Position numbers and translations under genes: made by a program. Below, piece by piece: positions 55,599 to 56,642 of a stretch of DNA of 56,642 nt. Source of the DNA: an uncultured Chitinophagaceae bacterium (GTDB lineage: Bacteria > Bacteroidota > Ignavibacteria > UBA10030 > UBA8401). The stretch's first letter is position 1; the number at the start of each line of letters is the position of its first letter. The DNA is taken from NCBI GenBank assembly GCA_964384415.1, contig CAYLMV010000002.1, forward strand, positions 24,389-81,030, given 5' to 3'. The notes under the pieces are model-generated. The model saw nothing but the letters and a program-made list of their open reading frames with translations. It was not told where the DNA came from and ran no database searches.

Positions 55599-56634
55599 TG
55601 ATCACCCTGAACGGATTGATCTTGTCCAGCCAGGAAATCTTCTTATCCGACAAGAGGACTTCGATCAGCAAGAGCAGCAATCCCAATGCAACAAAGTATT
55701 GAAATTGATCTTCAAAATCAGTGAATTGCTTTGTGCCAAATTCGCTTTTTTGAAGCGCATTGACCTCTTTGTAGATCGCGTCCAATTCGTCCTGGGTGTT
55801 GCTGGCATGAAAATACTTCCCGTTCCCGAGCGCAGCAATTTTTTCGAGGGTTCCTTCGTCCAATTTCGTCAGGACGACGTTTCCCGAGCGATCCCGTTTG
55901 AAATCGACTTGGCGGCCGTTTGCATCGTAGATAGGGATGGGTGCACCCTCGGGCGAGCCCATGCCGATCGTGTAAATGAGGACTCCCTTCTTTGCGGCAT
56001 CCTCCGACTGGGCGACTGCGTCTCCCTCGTTGTTCTCTCCGTCCGTAATGATGACCAGCACCTTCTTAGTCCGATCATTCCAGTTGAACGATTTCGCGGC
56101 CTGCTCAACGGCAGAACCAATCGCCGTTCCAGGCGTCGGCACGGACTCGACATCGACGGCGTCCAGAAAGATATCGGCCGCGCTATAGTCGGTCGTCAGG
56201 GGAAACTGCACATAGCTTTCTCCGGAAAAGACAATCAGCCCAATTCTGTCTCCACCGAGACGATCGATCAGGTTTCCAATTTCGTATTTTGCCTTCGCCA
56301 GCCGATTCGGCTTCACGTCTTCGGCCTTCATGGATAAGGAGACATCGAGGGCAATAAAGATGTCGACGCCCTCCTGCTTCACCTCTTCCAGCCTCATGCC
56401 GATCTGGGGATTTGCGAGAGCGATGACGACGGATGAAATCGCAGCCATCATCAAAAGCATTTTCACCCATCGTTTCGCGCCGCTGGAATCCGAGGCAATC
56501 CGGCTGAACATGGCCGCCGAGGAGAATTTCTCCCTCGCCGTTTTCCGTTTTCTCGTCACATACCAGAACAACACGGCCATCAGCGGAACGAGTCCGAGCC
56601 AGTACAAATATTCAGGATGTGCGAAGCGGATCAT
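55588..56634 (-). CDS. batB: BatB-like VWA domain membrane protein
   Basis: RFAHPEYL, LANPQIG, DVSLSM.AED MIDAS, PLTTDY, ITDGE, TIGMGS.EG.PIP, FQYF. Confidence 0.9.
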   Translation of the reverse strand: MIRFAHPEYLYWLGLVPLMAVLFWYVTRKRKTAREKFSSAAMFSRIASDSSGAKRWVKMLLMMAAISSVVIALANPQIGMRLEEVKQEGVDIFIALDVSLSMKAEDVKPNRLAKAKYEIGNLIDRLGGDRIGLIVFSGESYVQFPLTTDYSAADIFLDAVDVESVPTPGTAIGSAVEQAAKSFNWNDRTKKVLVIITDGENNEGDAVAQSEDAAKKGVLIYTIGMGSPEGAPIPIYDANGRQVDFKRDRSGNVVLTKLDEGTLEKIAALGNGKYFHASNTQDELDAIYKEVNALQKSEFGTKQFTDFEDQFQYFVALGLLLLLIEVLLSDKKISWLDKINPFRVINEQ

Positions 56635-56642
56635 AGGGAGAA
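56631..56642 (-). CDS. Probable last codons of the upstream gene (batA expected)
   Basis: TGA overlapping the batB ATG (ATGA); only 12 nt visible, so identity is inferred from operon order. Confidence 0.3.
   Translation of the reverse strand, partial: FSL

Overview
A 56.6-kb chromosomal window from an FCB-group bacterium, most likely Ignavibacteria-like. This is inferred from T9SS 'YPNPFNP' C-terminal sorting domains, a Bat operon and canonical TTGACA/TAnnnT promoters. Housekeeping and metabolic content: alaS (5'-truncated), GGGP/HepGP synthase, gmhA, ybaB-recR, pheA, ftsX, sdhCDAB, ferritin, glycogen phosphorylase, two secreted phosphatases, a GlpT-type MFS transporter, tkt, two NarL-type regulators and batB-E. 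Four things stand out. (1) An unannotated, apparently leaderless 42-aa poly-cysteine uORF sits upstream of a DUF4395-sulfurtransferase operon, with a mutually exclusive antiterminator/intrinsic terminator. This is a candidate cysteine-sensing transcription attenuator. (2) A ~12.7-kb uncharacterised envelope operon carries three CsgG/FlgT-like domains, a T9SS cargo, a beta-barrel, a transglutaminase-like TPR protein and a CHASE2 adenylate cyclase. A perfect CRP box lies upstream of it. (3) A family of gene-less 6/7/9-mer tandem arrays and long inverted repeats sits right after stop codons, purine-rich strand first. (4) A RAYT transposase is flanked by REP palindromes, and related REPs occur elsewhere in the window. 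No rRNA, tRNA, CRISPR array, prophage or reverse transcriptase was seen. Family assignments come from motif recognition only; no searches were run.
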